Shown in pieces: positions 20,044 through 32,374 of a stretch of 64,000 bases of DNA (the stretch's first letter is position 1; each line of letters begins with the position of its first letter). Under the pieces are notes generated by a model, which was not told the DNA's origin, ran no database searches, and saw only the letters and a program-made list of their open reading frames with translations. The position numbers and the translations under genes were made by a program. This DNA comes from Chrysomallon squamiferum (Eukaryota > Animalia > Mollusca). The stretch covers positions 3,720,001-3,784,000 of the forward strand of contig CM022669.1 in NCBI GenBank assembly GCA_012295275.1, given 5' to 3'.

Positions 20044-20868
20044 TATTGCTGTTGTTATAATTTTTACTGTGGTTGAGGTTGAAACATATGTTTTTATGTG
20101 TGAGGTTTGTGTGAGAGACAAATGCCTTATTTAGACATAAATATGATATTACAATGACAATTTTCTATTTCACAATTAAAAATGCAGTTAAACAAGTTAC
20201 TGCTTTAAAACTGTGAGTTGTGAATTCGCTCCAGTGACGCCCCGATTAATGTTTTCTCCGTTACTGTCACGGCATATGTATCACTATCTACATATCTGTT
20301 ATTTTAAATAACGTGAGTATATGCATGTATTAGGACTAAACATTTATAACAGTAATATTAAAGTAAAAACAATAACAAATAAAATAATGTGGGAACAAGC
20401 TGTTTGGAGACCAACTGACGTTGGTACAAATTAAAGAGGAAACAAATACGCCGTTATGTGAGTGACGAAAATATATGATGCAATGCTATAACTTGTTACT
20501 CTATATACTCTTCTTTTTAATGCATACCAAGAGATGGATCCGCATAATTTTTTTCGTCATTTTTTCGGATTTCATTCTCATAGGAATGAAGGAGAAAGGT
20601 AAAACGAAACATTCAAAACGATGTTAAAGTAATATTGAAATATGCCGCAGCATGGTTTGACAAGAATAAAAGTTAAAACGATTCTTCGAGAAATTTCCTG
20701 CATCGTCAAAGTAATACATTTATTAATAGTAGAAGTATACATTTATTAATATTATGATTTAAATACATATTTCGATTTTTTAATATTACCTTTGCTGTTA
20801 GTCCAAAGAGATAAATATTTGACATGATTTGATACGATAAAATAATTGCAGTCGTAATTAATAATAAT
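13454..20868 (+). repeat. Tandem segmental duplication, unit B
   Basis: Direct repeat of 5793-13410; its right end runs into intron 1 of the intact HAX1 gene. Confidence 0.93.
13989..18357 (+). CDS. Cys-less (Pro-loop) pentameric ligand-gated ion channel subunit, copy B, ~390 aa
   Basis: Exons 13989-14114, 14277-14399, 14549-14737, 15552-15809, 16220-16375, 16580-16759, 17827-17874, 18265-18357, all GT-AG and phase 0, open throughout. Same motifs as copy A; ends RKVNELEFQREHRKRLAALVLSKQPYSVLS*. Confidence 0.9.
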
Positions 20869-21456
20869 GACATATCATCTCGACATGTTACATATGTTCC
20901 GTAATAATTATTTAATAACACAATCGGAGATTAAAATACCATCACAAATCGTTAATTATATCTATCCGTATGATGACTTTGAATGCGTGAACAATTTCAC
21001 ATTTTGAATCTTATTTGTTTATAAACTACGTACATGTTATGGAATAATAAATAATGGCCTAGCCATACGATTAGGCAGACACAAAATCAAATGTAACTGA
21101 TTTTATATTTATTTAATATATTAAAATTATTTCAGCTTTTTCAAAAGTGATGAATATGACGAAGATGACTTTTTCCAAGATGATCCATTTCGACATATTT
21201 TTGAGTCAATGGAACAACAAATGGAAGCTGTGCAGCAACATATGGAAGACATCTTTAAACATTTTAGTGCAACACCATTTCTTCCTGGTACCAGTTTGTT
21301 CATAAATGCATTAAAACATTTGACATTACAGTTAAATAGATGCAGTAAATAACAACAACAACAATGAACCAGAATAGAACAGAACAAAAAAAAAAAAAAA
21401 AAAAAAACCCAAAACACATAAATTAAACAAAAATTTATTATTAAAATTGCACTATG

Positions 21457-21535
<79 letters not shown>

Positions 21536-22104
21536 GTGTGTGTGTGTGTGTTTTATATGTGAACAACAGATACATGTATAATTACATATAGTATGTTTCA
21601 TTAGAAATTTGTACAGACTAATTTTTAACTGATGAATTTTCAGCACTTGAAGATCCCAGAGCTAACGACCCCCACAGATCTCCTCGTGATGAGATGCTAA
21701 AACAACCAGATTCTGAAAACCCACTTGAAAAAGATCCTCCCCAGTCACTGGTGAGCAGAAATATTAAATATCATTACTAGACTTTCAGTACATTCTGACA
21801 CTTGTTATAAAGTCTCTGGCCTTTTGTTTTAACATATTCAAACACAATTGTAGTAATCAGTTTTGTTTAAAATCACATTTAAATATAAACTGAAAGAAAG
21901 TCAATGCAGGTTGAAATATGTTGATTCTGGCATCCTAGAATTTCTCCTATTACTAAGATGCATATAAAACCAATCAGTACGAAGGATTTCAACTTGAATC
22001 ACTTCTGTTAAGTTAATAATTTTGTGTTCTCAATTTATTTTTATCTTTTCTGTATTAAAGTGTGTCAAACTTTTGTACATGTTTAACTGCTGTTTTATAA
22101 TCCA

Positions 22105-22139
<35 letters not shown>

Positions 22140-22815
22140 ATTTAAACATTTATTTAATACATTATTAAAACCAAATTTGTAAAAATATTTTTAATATTGT
22201 TATTAAATTTCTGCTTAGAATTGAGTTCACATTAAAATAGTTTCCTTATATTATAATATTTAATGATATTTTCAGTTTGAGGGGCTTTTTCCAGTTCCAA
22301 AATGGGATTTTAACAGACCTCATATGAAAGGAGATATAGGTAATGTATTTACAAATGATTCAAAACCTTAATTTGGTTATTTTTTAATTTCCAGTTTTCC
22401 TGTTGTTTTGTTTTTATGATGTGTTGAGACATTAGTTATTTTCAGTGTTATCTAAGATTCTTAAACTTTCCAGTTAATCTTTTGTATTCTGGATTAGTCA
22501 ACTTCTAGTGAACATTGTAGTGGTTCAGTTTACCAGCTGATTTAAATAATTCAATAACAAATGTAAATAAATTATTTAAGTAAAGTAACAACATATGTAT
22601 ATAGACAAAATAAAGTAAAATTAACATATGTATATCCAGAAAAAAATAGGTCAAATTTTCTTCTTTTAGTTTTTAGTGTTTTTTTTCTTTTTTCTTCTTC
22701 TTCAATTTTTGAATTTTTTTTAAACAGTGAAGTGGTAACAGTTCCACTAACATATAACACGGAAATGTTTATTTTATTTTATTTTATTTTTTGTAATTTT
22801 ATTTTATTTTATTTG

Positions 22816-22850
<35 letters not shown>

Positions 22851-25800
22851 TGTATTTATTTATTTATTTATGTATTTTACTGATGTTTTAATTTAAGCTT
22901 TGGATGAAGAAGTGAAGAAGAAAGGACTGTCTGCTATATTAGATAAGGATTCTGGTTTCTCACAGAGAACTGGGATGTCAGTAACAACCATCAGACGAGG
23001 AGATGGGGTAATTTTAGTTCATCAGACGCATATTAATTATTTTATTAAAAAAAAAAAAAATAAAATAATAACAAATAAATAAATAAATAATGTAAAATTT
23101 AAAAACAAAACAAAATAAACCCCGACATTTTTCATAATTATCTTTTCTGAATAAACTGATTATTTTCATTTTTATTTTCCATTCATATGTGTGTCTTTCA
23201 TTCATCTTCCCCCTCATCATTTATTTTCTCTCTCTGTCTGTGTGTCTCTTTTAACAGTGAATGCAAAACTGAACTGAATTCTGTTTCATACATGTTATGC
23301 TAATAAAAAAGTATTATTTTAAAAGGTAAATTTAAATCATTAAAAGCCCATAGAAACATGAGAAAGAAAAAAGAAAAATAATAATAAATTAAAGGTTCAG
23401 TCCTTTAATTCACAAAACAGTATGCTGTATAGTTTAATGCATTTTAATCCCGATTACACATATGAGTAAAACTTAATAACACACCTGTAGCAACAACTCG
23501 AAAGCAGCCATTAAAATAATTTCAAATACCTTTTTTAAAAGTATAAAATATTTATAAATTGAGATTTTCCTTTATCTTTTCTCAACATTTAAAAAAGATA
23601 AATAAAAAAATAAAAATGTTCATCACAGTATATTTGTATTTATGTATCTGATGAAATATTCAGCTAACTGAAGAGAGGAAGACGATTCGCTACTCGGATG
23701 GTCGAGAAGAAACGATCGTCACTCGCAGAATGGGAGACAAATCTCACATCATCACAAGCAAGAGATACGGTGATAACGTGGAAACAAGTGAAACATTTGA
23801 GAACATGGATGAGAGTAAGTAGAATGCTGAAACGAGTGAAACTTTCAAGTTTTAAGTTTAACAGTCGAAAGTGTTGAAATGTTTGAAACCTCCAGCTTGT
23901 AAGTTAAACAATTACATTATGAAAATGTATAAAACTTTCCATTAAACTGTTAAAATGTTTTAAATCTTCCAATGGTAAGTTAAACAGCTAAAATGTGGAA
24001 ATGTTTTCAGTTGTAAATTAAACAATTAAAATTTGAAAATATTGGAAAAATTCAGTGATAACTCAAACAATTAAAAAACAATTAAAAACACTTTCATACA
24101 TGAATAAGTGTAAGTTAAACCATTAAAACATGGAAACATTAAATTTTCTGAATAAAGACGGACACATGGTTAAAAATGTGGAAATTTTTGAAACATACTA
24201 AAGTATATGTAAAAGTAATTCAACTAATTGTAATGTGGAATGATTCTAAACAATAATAGTGTAAAAATACTTGAACACTTTTTAGACCGGGGTAAGAGTA
24301 AATTGCAACACTAAAAAGTGGAAGCTTCTCAAACTTAAAATATTGAAATTTTTAAGCATTTCAGAATATAGATGAAAATAAGTCAAAGTATTTAAAAACT
24401 AAAATCTCTGAAATCATTTGTGTTATGAATTAAATATGTTAAATCTTGGAAACTCATAAAACTTTTCTGAACTAGGATACCAGAAATCAAACATTACAGT
24501 ACTGAACGTTTTGAAGTTTGTAAAAGACAGTATGGAATAAAATAAACCATTAAGTTGTTGAAATTGGTTAAAAACCTTCAAAAATTTAAATAAATGTAAT
24601 TTGAACCATTAAAAAGTTGAAATATTTGAAACCTCCCATATTTGAATAAAACTGTTAAAACATCAGTTAATTATTAAAATGCAAAATCATTTTGATAAAG
24701 TTAAACATTTCAAATTCTAAAATAAGTCTGATCTTCCAGGATAATTTCATTAAAATGTGGAAATGTTTGAAATGATGTAGAATATAGGTTATAAGAAGTA
24801 ATATTTAAATTCACACATGCATTAGCATAAATAAAAAATTAATGTTTAAATGGGGAATTATGTGAAAAGTTTAAATCTTTCATGAAAGTAAGTCAGACTA
24901 TACAAAATAAATAAATAAATAAATACAAATACCACTTATGCTGCTGCTTCTACTACTACTACTACTACTACTACTACTGCTGCTACTACTGCTGCTACTA
25001 CTACTACTAATAATAATAAAAATAAATAGGGATACTAATCATAGGAGATCTGCTGGTTTACTACTATTTCTTCATTTACTTGTAAAAAATGTTTACATTT
25101 CAGTTGTCATTCTCAAATAAAAAAACATAAATATCCAGTGAATGTACCTGTTTGAATTCACAGTATTAAATCAACACACTTGAATAGTGAATGTAGTCAC
25201 CTGTACTGGCAAAAATATGTGACACAAAACCAACTGAACTTTAATTTACTAAGATTTTAATTGTTTAATTTGTTTTAATATTTTTTTATTTTTTTTTTTT
25301 TTTTTTGCCTATAATTTTATTGATTTAGTTATTTTTTTAGTTTAATATCTGAAAACATTTTTTTTTTTTTTTTTTTAATTTTAATTTATCTGAAAATTAT
25401 TTTTGTGTTTTTAATGCCACCAACTTGTTAAGGAACATGTCAAACTTCCATTTATTTATAACTGATATCTCTGATTTTAATATTAAACTGTGCTTCTCTC
25501 TCTTTGTCAATTTTTGTTTTTTCCTTTGTAGATGTTTATGTTTTGTTAATGGTATATGTAAATTATTACATCAATGCAGTAATAGCAATAACTAACGTTA
25601 TAGTTATTTGTATAATTATCTTAAATACATTTAGTAAGCAAATTTCTTATTGTTTTGTTTATAAATGGTGGCAAGTATTGGCTGATAATTAAATATAATG
25701 AAAAATTAATAATAACCTTTTTAAGATGACATTATTTCAGGATATTCATTGATTCCTTTATTTATTTATTTATTTGTTTGTTTGTTTGTTTGTTTAGTAT

Positions 25801-26318
25801 TCATTTATTAATTAACTGACTACATCCAAAATAGAACAGAAAAATGTCAACCTATGTATCTCCTTCCTAATGTAATGTATTATCATACTTCATTGTCAGC
25901 AAAGATTAAATACAAAAAACTAGTTTTAAAAAAATAATAATAACATAAATACATAAAATATATTTAAATTATGTTTGTTATAGTAATAAAGGTATGCACT
26001 GAGATAATGATCTGAGTTTGGTTATTTATAGGCCTGCTTCCATCAGAGAATTGTTGAAATACACCTTTCTGCCCATCCACTATTTATTCATTAAGAACAT
26101 TCACTTTGAGTTTGAAGTTTAACTGAATTTCATTGTGTTTTCTAATGTTATGTTTTTCAGAAGATCTTCCAAGTTTTGAGAGACGTTGGAATAATCCAGG
26201 TGGAGATTCAGAGCCTCAGGAGGATCTAAGATTGCCTCAGAAATATGGACAATCAAACAAAGATCATTCTCTGCTGTGGAAATTGTTTGGACTTTTTTCA
26301 CCGAAAACAAATGATTAA
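20534..26318 (+). CDS. HAX1: HCLS1-associated protein X-1 homologue
   Basis: Exons 20534-20598, 21136-21287, 21644-21750, 22276-22339, 22898-23007, 23664-23814, 26161-26318, with compatible phases. Motifs: MDPHNFFRHFFGF, acidic DEYDEDD box, PRDEMLKQPDS, SVTTIRRGDGLTEERKTIRYSDGREETIVTR and C-terminal SLLWKLFGLF. Confidence 0.88.
23775..24900 (+). repeat. Degenerate ~45-60 bp tandem array in HAX1 intron 6
   Basis: Recurrent (g)tggaaatgtttgaaac...gtaagttaaaca(a/c)ttaaaa-like units over about 1 kb. Confidence 0.65.
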
Positions 26319-26730
26319 AATTATATCCAGAAGATGGGGAAAAAAACTTATTAAGTTTGTGTAAATATTTGGTTGCTGGATGCAGAATGTAAATTATGTG
26401 TGTGCAGATTTAGTTGTGTAAATGTTGCAATTCTAACAAGTTCCTGAGTGTATATGTATTTGTGTGAATGTTTGAGTTAGAATAAAGTACCAAGATATGA
26501 TTGTGTATTTTGAGAGGTGTTTTTTTAATTATTATTTTAACATTTGGACTTTAATTTATTATCAGATGTCAGAGAACAAATTTATTTCAGTTAATGTTTG
26601 ATTTCTTGTTGTGGGATAAAATAAAGAAATAATTAATGTTTGCCTTTTTGTAATAATTGTTTTTGTTTGTTTAAACAATTTTTGTTTTAAATATTTATTT
26701 ATTTATTTGTTTATTTACTTACTTACTTAC

Positions 26731-26774
<44 letters not shown>

Positions 26775-27636
26775 AATTAATATAATTTATTTCATTTTTA
26801 TTTTTATTTATTTTTGGTGTGTATTTTTATGGTGAAAAGCATTTTGATATCAGTTTAACCTAAAATTTGTGAATTTCATAAAAATAACATTTATGCTTGA
26901 ACCATATTCTTTTTATTTGAAATAATGAAAAAACAAAACACACACACATGTATTAATATTTGTTTTATATTATAATAATAATTTATTATTGTTTTGTTAA
27001 AAGCATGATTAATATAAGTGATCAATATTTTAAAGAAAATAAATAATTTTAGATAAAATGAGATTTGTTCATTATGAATTAGTTACAATAATTATAATGA
27101 GATTTTCATTTGTAGACCTATATTTCATTATAACTAAATATATAAAACATTACAATACTTTATGTTTAAATGAACCAAAACTGGATTGCTATAAAATATA
27201 TTTAAGTGTAATACACAAAACAAGTATTAATAATGCTCCATTTTTGAATTTTACAAGTTGTAAAAATTGAACAAGTTAGTATAATTTGTTCAAAGTGATT
27301 TTAACAGCAGGTAAAGAAAGTGACTTCAAACAAATCAGTAATAAACTTCTTATATTAAAAATGATGTTCTATTTTCAAGGAATATGCCACATGATACAAT
27401 TCCTATACATTAAAGAGACGTTTATTAACATTTGTTAAGTTTGTGTGAATTAAAATTAATTTTCAATTACATTTGAGATAAATGTATCTTAGATGATCAC
27501 ATTACATATATCTGTGTACCAAAATTTATGTCTGTTTGTATGTTTATATATATATAGTCAACCCTCCATTTATCGGACGCTATTTTGACGTATTTCAAAA
27601 AAAAAAAAAAAATAATAATAATAATAATAATAACAA

Positions 27637-27673
<37 letters not shown>

Positions 27674-27755
27674 CAGATACAATTTGAGAAATGTACACAA
27701 ATTCTCAAATCTGCTAAAATATATATAAATCTGCTCGTATGTACGTACGTACACA

Positions 27756-27794
<39 letters not shown>

Positions 27795-29279
27795 ATGCAC
27801 GCATTAGTACATTTGTTAGAATGAATACATTTTTGTAAACATATCACAATACACATAAACATACTTACCCGTGCATACTTAACTATTTATAGACCACAAC
27901 ACTGTTACGTCATTTCATTGTTGTCGACGTAATGACAACATTGACACATTGACGACGTTTGTGTAATAACGGTTTGTTACACTAATCTAATAGTTGGTAG
28001 TCGGTGAATGATAGAAAATAGGAACTACTTCGAATGTGGGTAAGTAAGAAATAGAATACATGTTACTGTATTAAATTCGGAAATCGGTAACCAGTTATAT
28101 GCCGTATTCTAACACTATGACATCTTAATGGTTCATTTTTACAGATGTTGTTACAAAAAAAAAATCATTTTTTTTCTTCAGTTATTTATTTGTTTATTTA
28201 TTTGTTTGTTTGTTTATTTATTGTTTATTTATTTTTCTTTTACTTTGTTCTGTTTGTTTCTAACAACAAAATAACAACATTTCCAAATAGGCGACTCTAA
28301 AAAAAAAAAAAAAAAAAAGAAAAATAGCTGAAACATAGCAGTAGTCAAAGAAGAAGTACTGGGATTTATAATTGTAGTAACAAGTAACAGTAGCATGAGT
28401 AGTAATTGTAGTAGTAGTAGTAGCTGCAGTAGTATTTAGTGTAGCATATGTTATAATAATGAACTCAAGTGTACACTGCGGTAGATATAAATATACTAAT
28501 ACAATTATTTATACTTCCAAGATGCTATTTTATTGTTTTGGACAACCTTTCATCCTTCATAACAAAGTATAAAAGAATAATGCTTTTACAGTACATCTGA
28601 ATGCCGCCATTTTACCTGTTAGAACTGACAGTGACGTCATAGCGGCTGATAGCCCTATTATTTATGTCTTTTTCTCTTTTCCATTTCTGTATTTCTTTAT
28701 TTCTTTCTTTATTTTTAACTGACAAAACTTGAAGAAAGTTTGGGTGATGACATAAAACGCTTAACTTCAAATTGCCCCGTTTTGAAGCCGGCAGCCCCTT
28801 CTTCTAGTAAAAATTAAAACAAAGAAACACGAAGAATGATAATAAATATATGTAAAATCTTTAATAGCTGACTTTCAAACAACAGATATCTATATTATAA
28901 AACTCTACATTTTCCACCCATACATATAATCTTATCCTATATATATTTCAACACTATTTTATATATATTTCTACCACATATTATCACTATTAACGACATT
29001 TGGGTGAAACAATTATTTCAACAAAACTATTTATCGATCTACATATATACATATTTATAATGTGCGTAATTATTGGTTTTGGAAAAATTGTTTATTTATT
29101 ATTATTATTGATTTCATTTTAGATTTAAAAACAACAAAGTATGAAAAAACCCACAATATATTTCTGTTAAATAATGGAATAAACTTTCAAAATAAATAAA
29201 TAAATAAGAAAAAAAACCCAGTAACAATAGCAATAACATTAATGATAGTAATAGTAGTAGAAGTAATAGTAGTAGTAGC

Positions 29280-29325
<46 letters not shown>

Positions 29326-29537
29326 ATAGTAGTAGTTCGAGTAGTTGCAGTAATACAAATAGTAGTAGTAGTAGCAACAGCAGCAGCAGCAGTAGCAGCA
29401 CACAAGTAGTAGCACAGTAATAGTAGTAGTCATAATAGTAGTGGTAGTAGTGGTCGTTGTAGTAGTTGATTAATAAACTATATAAACACCCAGAGCTAAA
29501 CGTGACAGATGAGTCTGCTGCAGACGTTAACTTGTTC

Positions 29538-31741
29538 TTACGACGATGATATCAGCATGGGATACGTGATCTGACTTCCTGCATCCCACGCGTAAATTTT
29601 ACTTTCTTTGTGATTGTACGTTACCATGACGTTATGTCTGTACGGGTTCGTGAATCGAAGGTTCGGGTTCCATCGACGACCAGTGTATATATCGTAAGCG
29701 AAATCAATCCTAGAGGCAGGGTCGTTGATGCTCTTTACCAGGTACAAGATTCCGCACATAACGAAACCATTCCCATGACTCTGCGAAGGCTCATTTAGCG
29801 ACCACGTTTTTATCACAGTCAGCGAATCCGGGTGCAGTTTGGCAAGCATCATTTTCGACCGTATAGCTTTGTTGGAGTAAATTAACCACAAACCGTTTTC
29901 GTCGACGGAGAGATCGTAGAAGACGTGCTTCGAGGCGTACACGGCTTTGTTACCTTTATACAACGAATCGTGCATTTTACGAACGGCCACCACTGCTCCG
30001 GCGTCAATGTCGTATCTAACAACTTTATTAAGACTACTCCATTGGTAATAGAAGGAACCCCTGTACACGACGTTGCCGGTGCCGTAGTAGGGGATTTTGC
30101 CAAGGTCCAGCACTCTGCCTATCGTCTTTGCTTGAAACGTTTGGGAACTGTCGAACTCGTACAGTTTGTTCCCTCTAATTCCTTTAGTGATCCATATTTT
30201 CTTACCGTCTTTCTCTGTCAGTGGGTCTGGATCTTTCATCCACGATCCAAATTTTTGTTCCGAATCCCGATGGAATAAAGGCTTCCCAATGATTCGAATA
30301 TGGCAGTCTGGATACAAGTTTTAAAATTTTAGGTGTCCAGGGGAAAAAAAAATGTATAAAATAAAATATAAAATAAAAATAATAAAATGAAATGTGTTTA
30401 AATTTTGACAGATTTTAAATAATGTTGACATGCTTACGCAATAAGATGTCATTCTATCAGCAAATGTAAATATTAGTTAGTAGGTCTTTCGTAATAATAA
30501 TAATAATAATAATCATAATAATAATAAAAGGAATAATAAACATGAGATGATAATGATGAAGGTTATAATAATAAATACGTTAATAATAATAAAACTTTAT
30601 TCTTCACTATATGTACTTAAGTTACTGACTACAAAATATGCTTGAAACCATATCAGAATATATATAAATTACTGTTTTCAGCTAATTATCCATACCATAT
30701 TATCACTAATAGTAATTATTTTGAGTTTTCTTTTGTTCAAAAATTTTATTACAAACATTATATATAACATTTATCACAGCATACATGTAAAAACTATTTC
30801 ACGTTTATAAATAACAACATGTTATACAAATACCTTTAATTAAGGTAAGAGGAATGTAATGCACAGTTCAGCAGAACGCAAGAAATGGCAAGAACGTATA
30901 AACAAAATGCTGACGATGATACGGAAGATGCATTTCCGATTGAGAATTTCGAACCTGTGGAAAACATACATGCATATATAAAGTGATGGCAAACATGGAT
31001 AACAGTATGGATTATGACAGGATATAGATAACAATATGGTTTATGTCAGGATATGGATAACAGTATGGCTTATGTCAGGATATGGATAACAGTATGGTTC
31101 ATGACAGGATATGGATAACAATATGGTTTATGTCAGGATATGGATAACAGTATGGTTCATGTAAGTTTTGTAACAATATTTTTATTAACAGGAGTGAGTA
31201 CTTTATATAGTTAGGACAAAAGAAAATATCAAAATGCATTATCTCAAAACCAGGCATACAGACGTAATCGCATTTCTATCTTGAGGGGGATGTGTCTGTC
31301 GAGCTGTTAGTTCCAATGCAGGTTTGAACAATACTTATGTGTTTAGACTTTAAAGTTTTAAGCTTAATTAATACATACAGCATATATTGTGTGTAAAGTA
31401 AAATTATCAATATATTTAAAATCTTTTAGTGCTATTACTTGTATAATTATATTACGTTCACAAAGAAAAAAAAACAACAACAATATACGACATTTTAACG
31501 GATTTATAAAATTTTCAGTCGTTATTTATTCATTATTATTTTATTTGAAAATATAATCGATATTTTATATAACTTAATTAAATAAAATTAACTAAATTAT
31601 TAATTATTTTCTAACGAATTCAGACGTCTTCGTATATTGTCGTCCTTAATCAAAAGTTTACTAAATAAATAAATCAAACTTCGCAATACATTTTTCAATA
31701 CAGAGCATTGCCGCTTTGTTTTAACCTCTCTGAATTTAAAA

Positions 31742-31772
<31 letters not shown>

Positions 31773-32309
31773 ATCTAATGTAATTCATTCTTGACAAGTT
31801 TTGTTTTAAGCAAAGACTTCAGATTTTGTGTCAAATGCTAAGGACAAACAAGCATGTACCAAGTGGCTATAGATTCGTGCAAAATTAATCAAGGGGGTCA
31901 GAAATGAAAGATGACGTCATTCTGTTGATTGTGACGTAACAAGCTGGGAGGTACTGATTGTACGAAAACGTTTCGGCAACTCACTCGAGTTTCGTGGTTG
32001 TATCGTTGCAGTCGTCGTTGCTATGGTTGTGGGTACAGTTTTATGTGTTGTTGTAACTGTATTTTAAACAAAACAGTTTTCAAGCCTGAGTCTTAACACA
32101 AAATCTGAGTATTCAGTGAAGTAAATACAGTTTGAGTAAAATGAAGCTGAATAATGATTTATTTAATTATTCTCACGCGCCCATTCCCACAAACTCTCTC
32201 ACACACACAAGTACGCACACACACACACACACAAGTACGCACACCAAGGATTTATAATGTGTGTCTTTAACATTTAATAAAATTATATCACACTATATAT
32301 ATTTATATT

Positions 32310-32374
<65 letters not shown>

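Noticed and set aside
27909-27955. Imperfect hairpin cgtcatttcattgttgtc...gacaacattgacacattgacg
   Set aside because: The stem is short and bulged, matches no RNA family I recognise, and is plausible by chance.
29610-30278. ORFs antisense to or overlapping the olfactomedin exon (also 58176-58436 and 59145-59438 opposite SLC25A46)
   Set aside because: Shadow ORFs of GC-richer real exons.
30995-31162. 29-bp repeats that could suggest a CRISPR array
   Set aside because: Units are contiguous with no unique spacers, there are no cas genes, and the context is a eukaryotic intron. It is a minisatellite.
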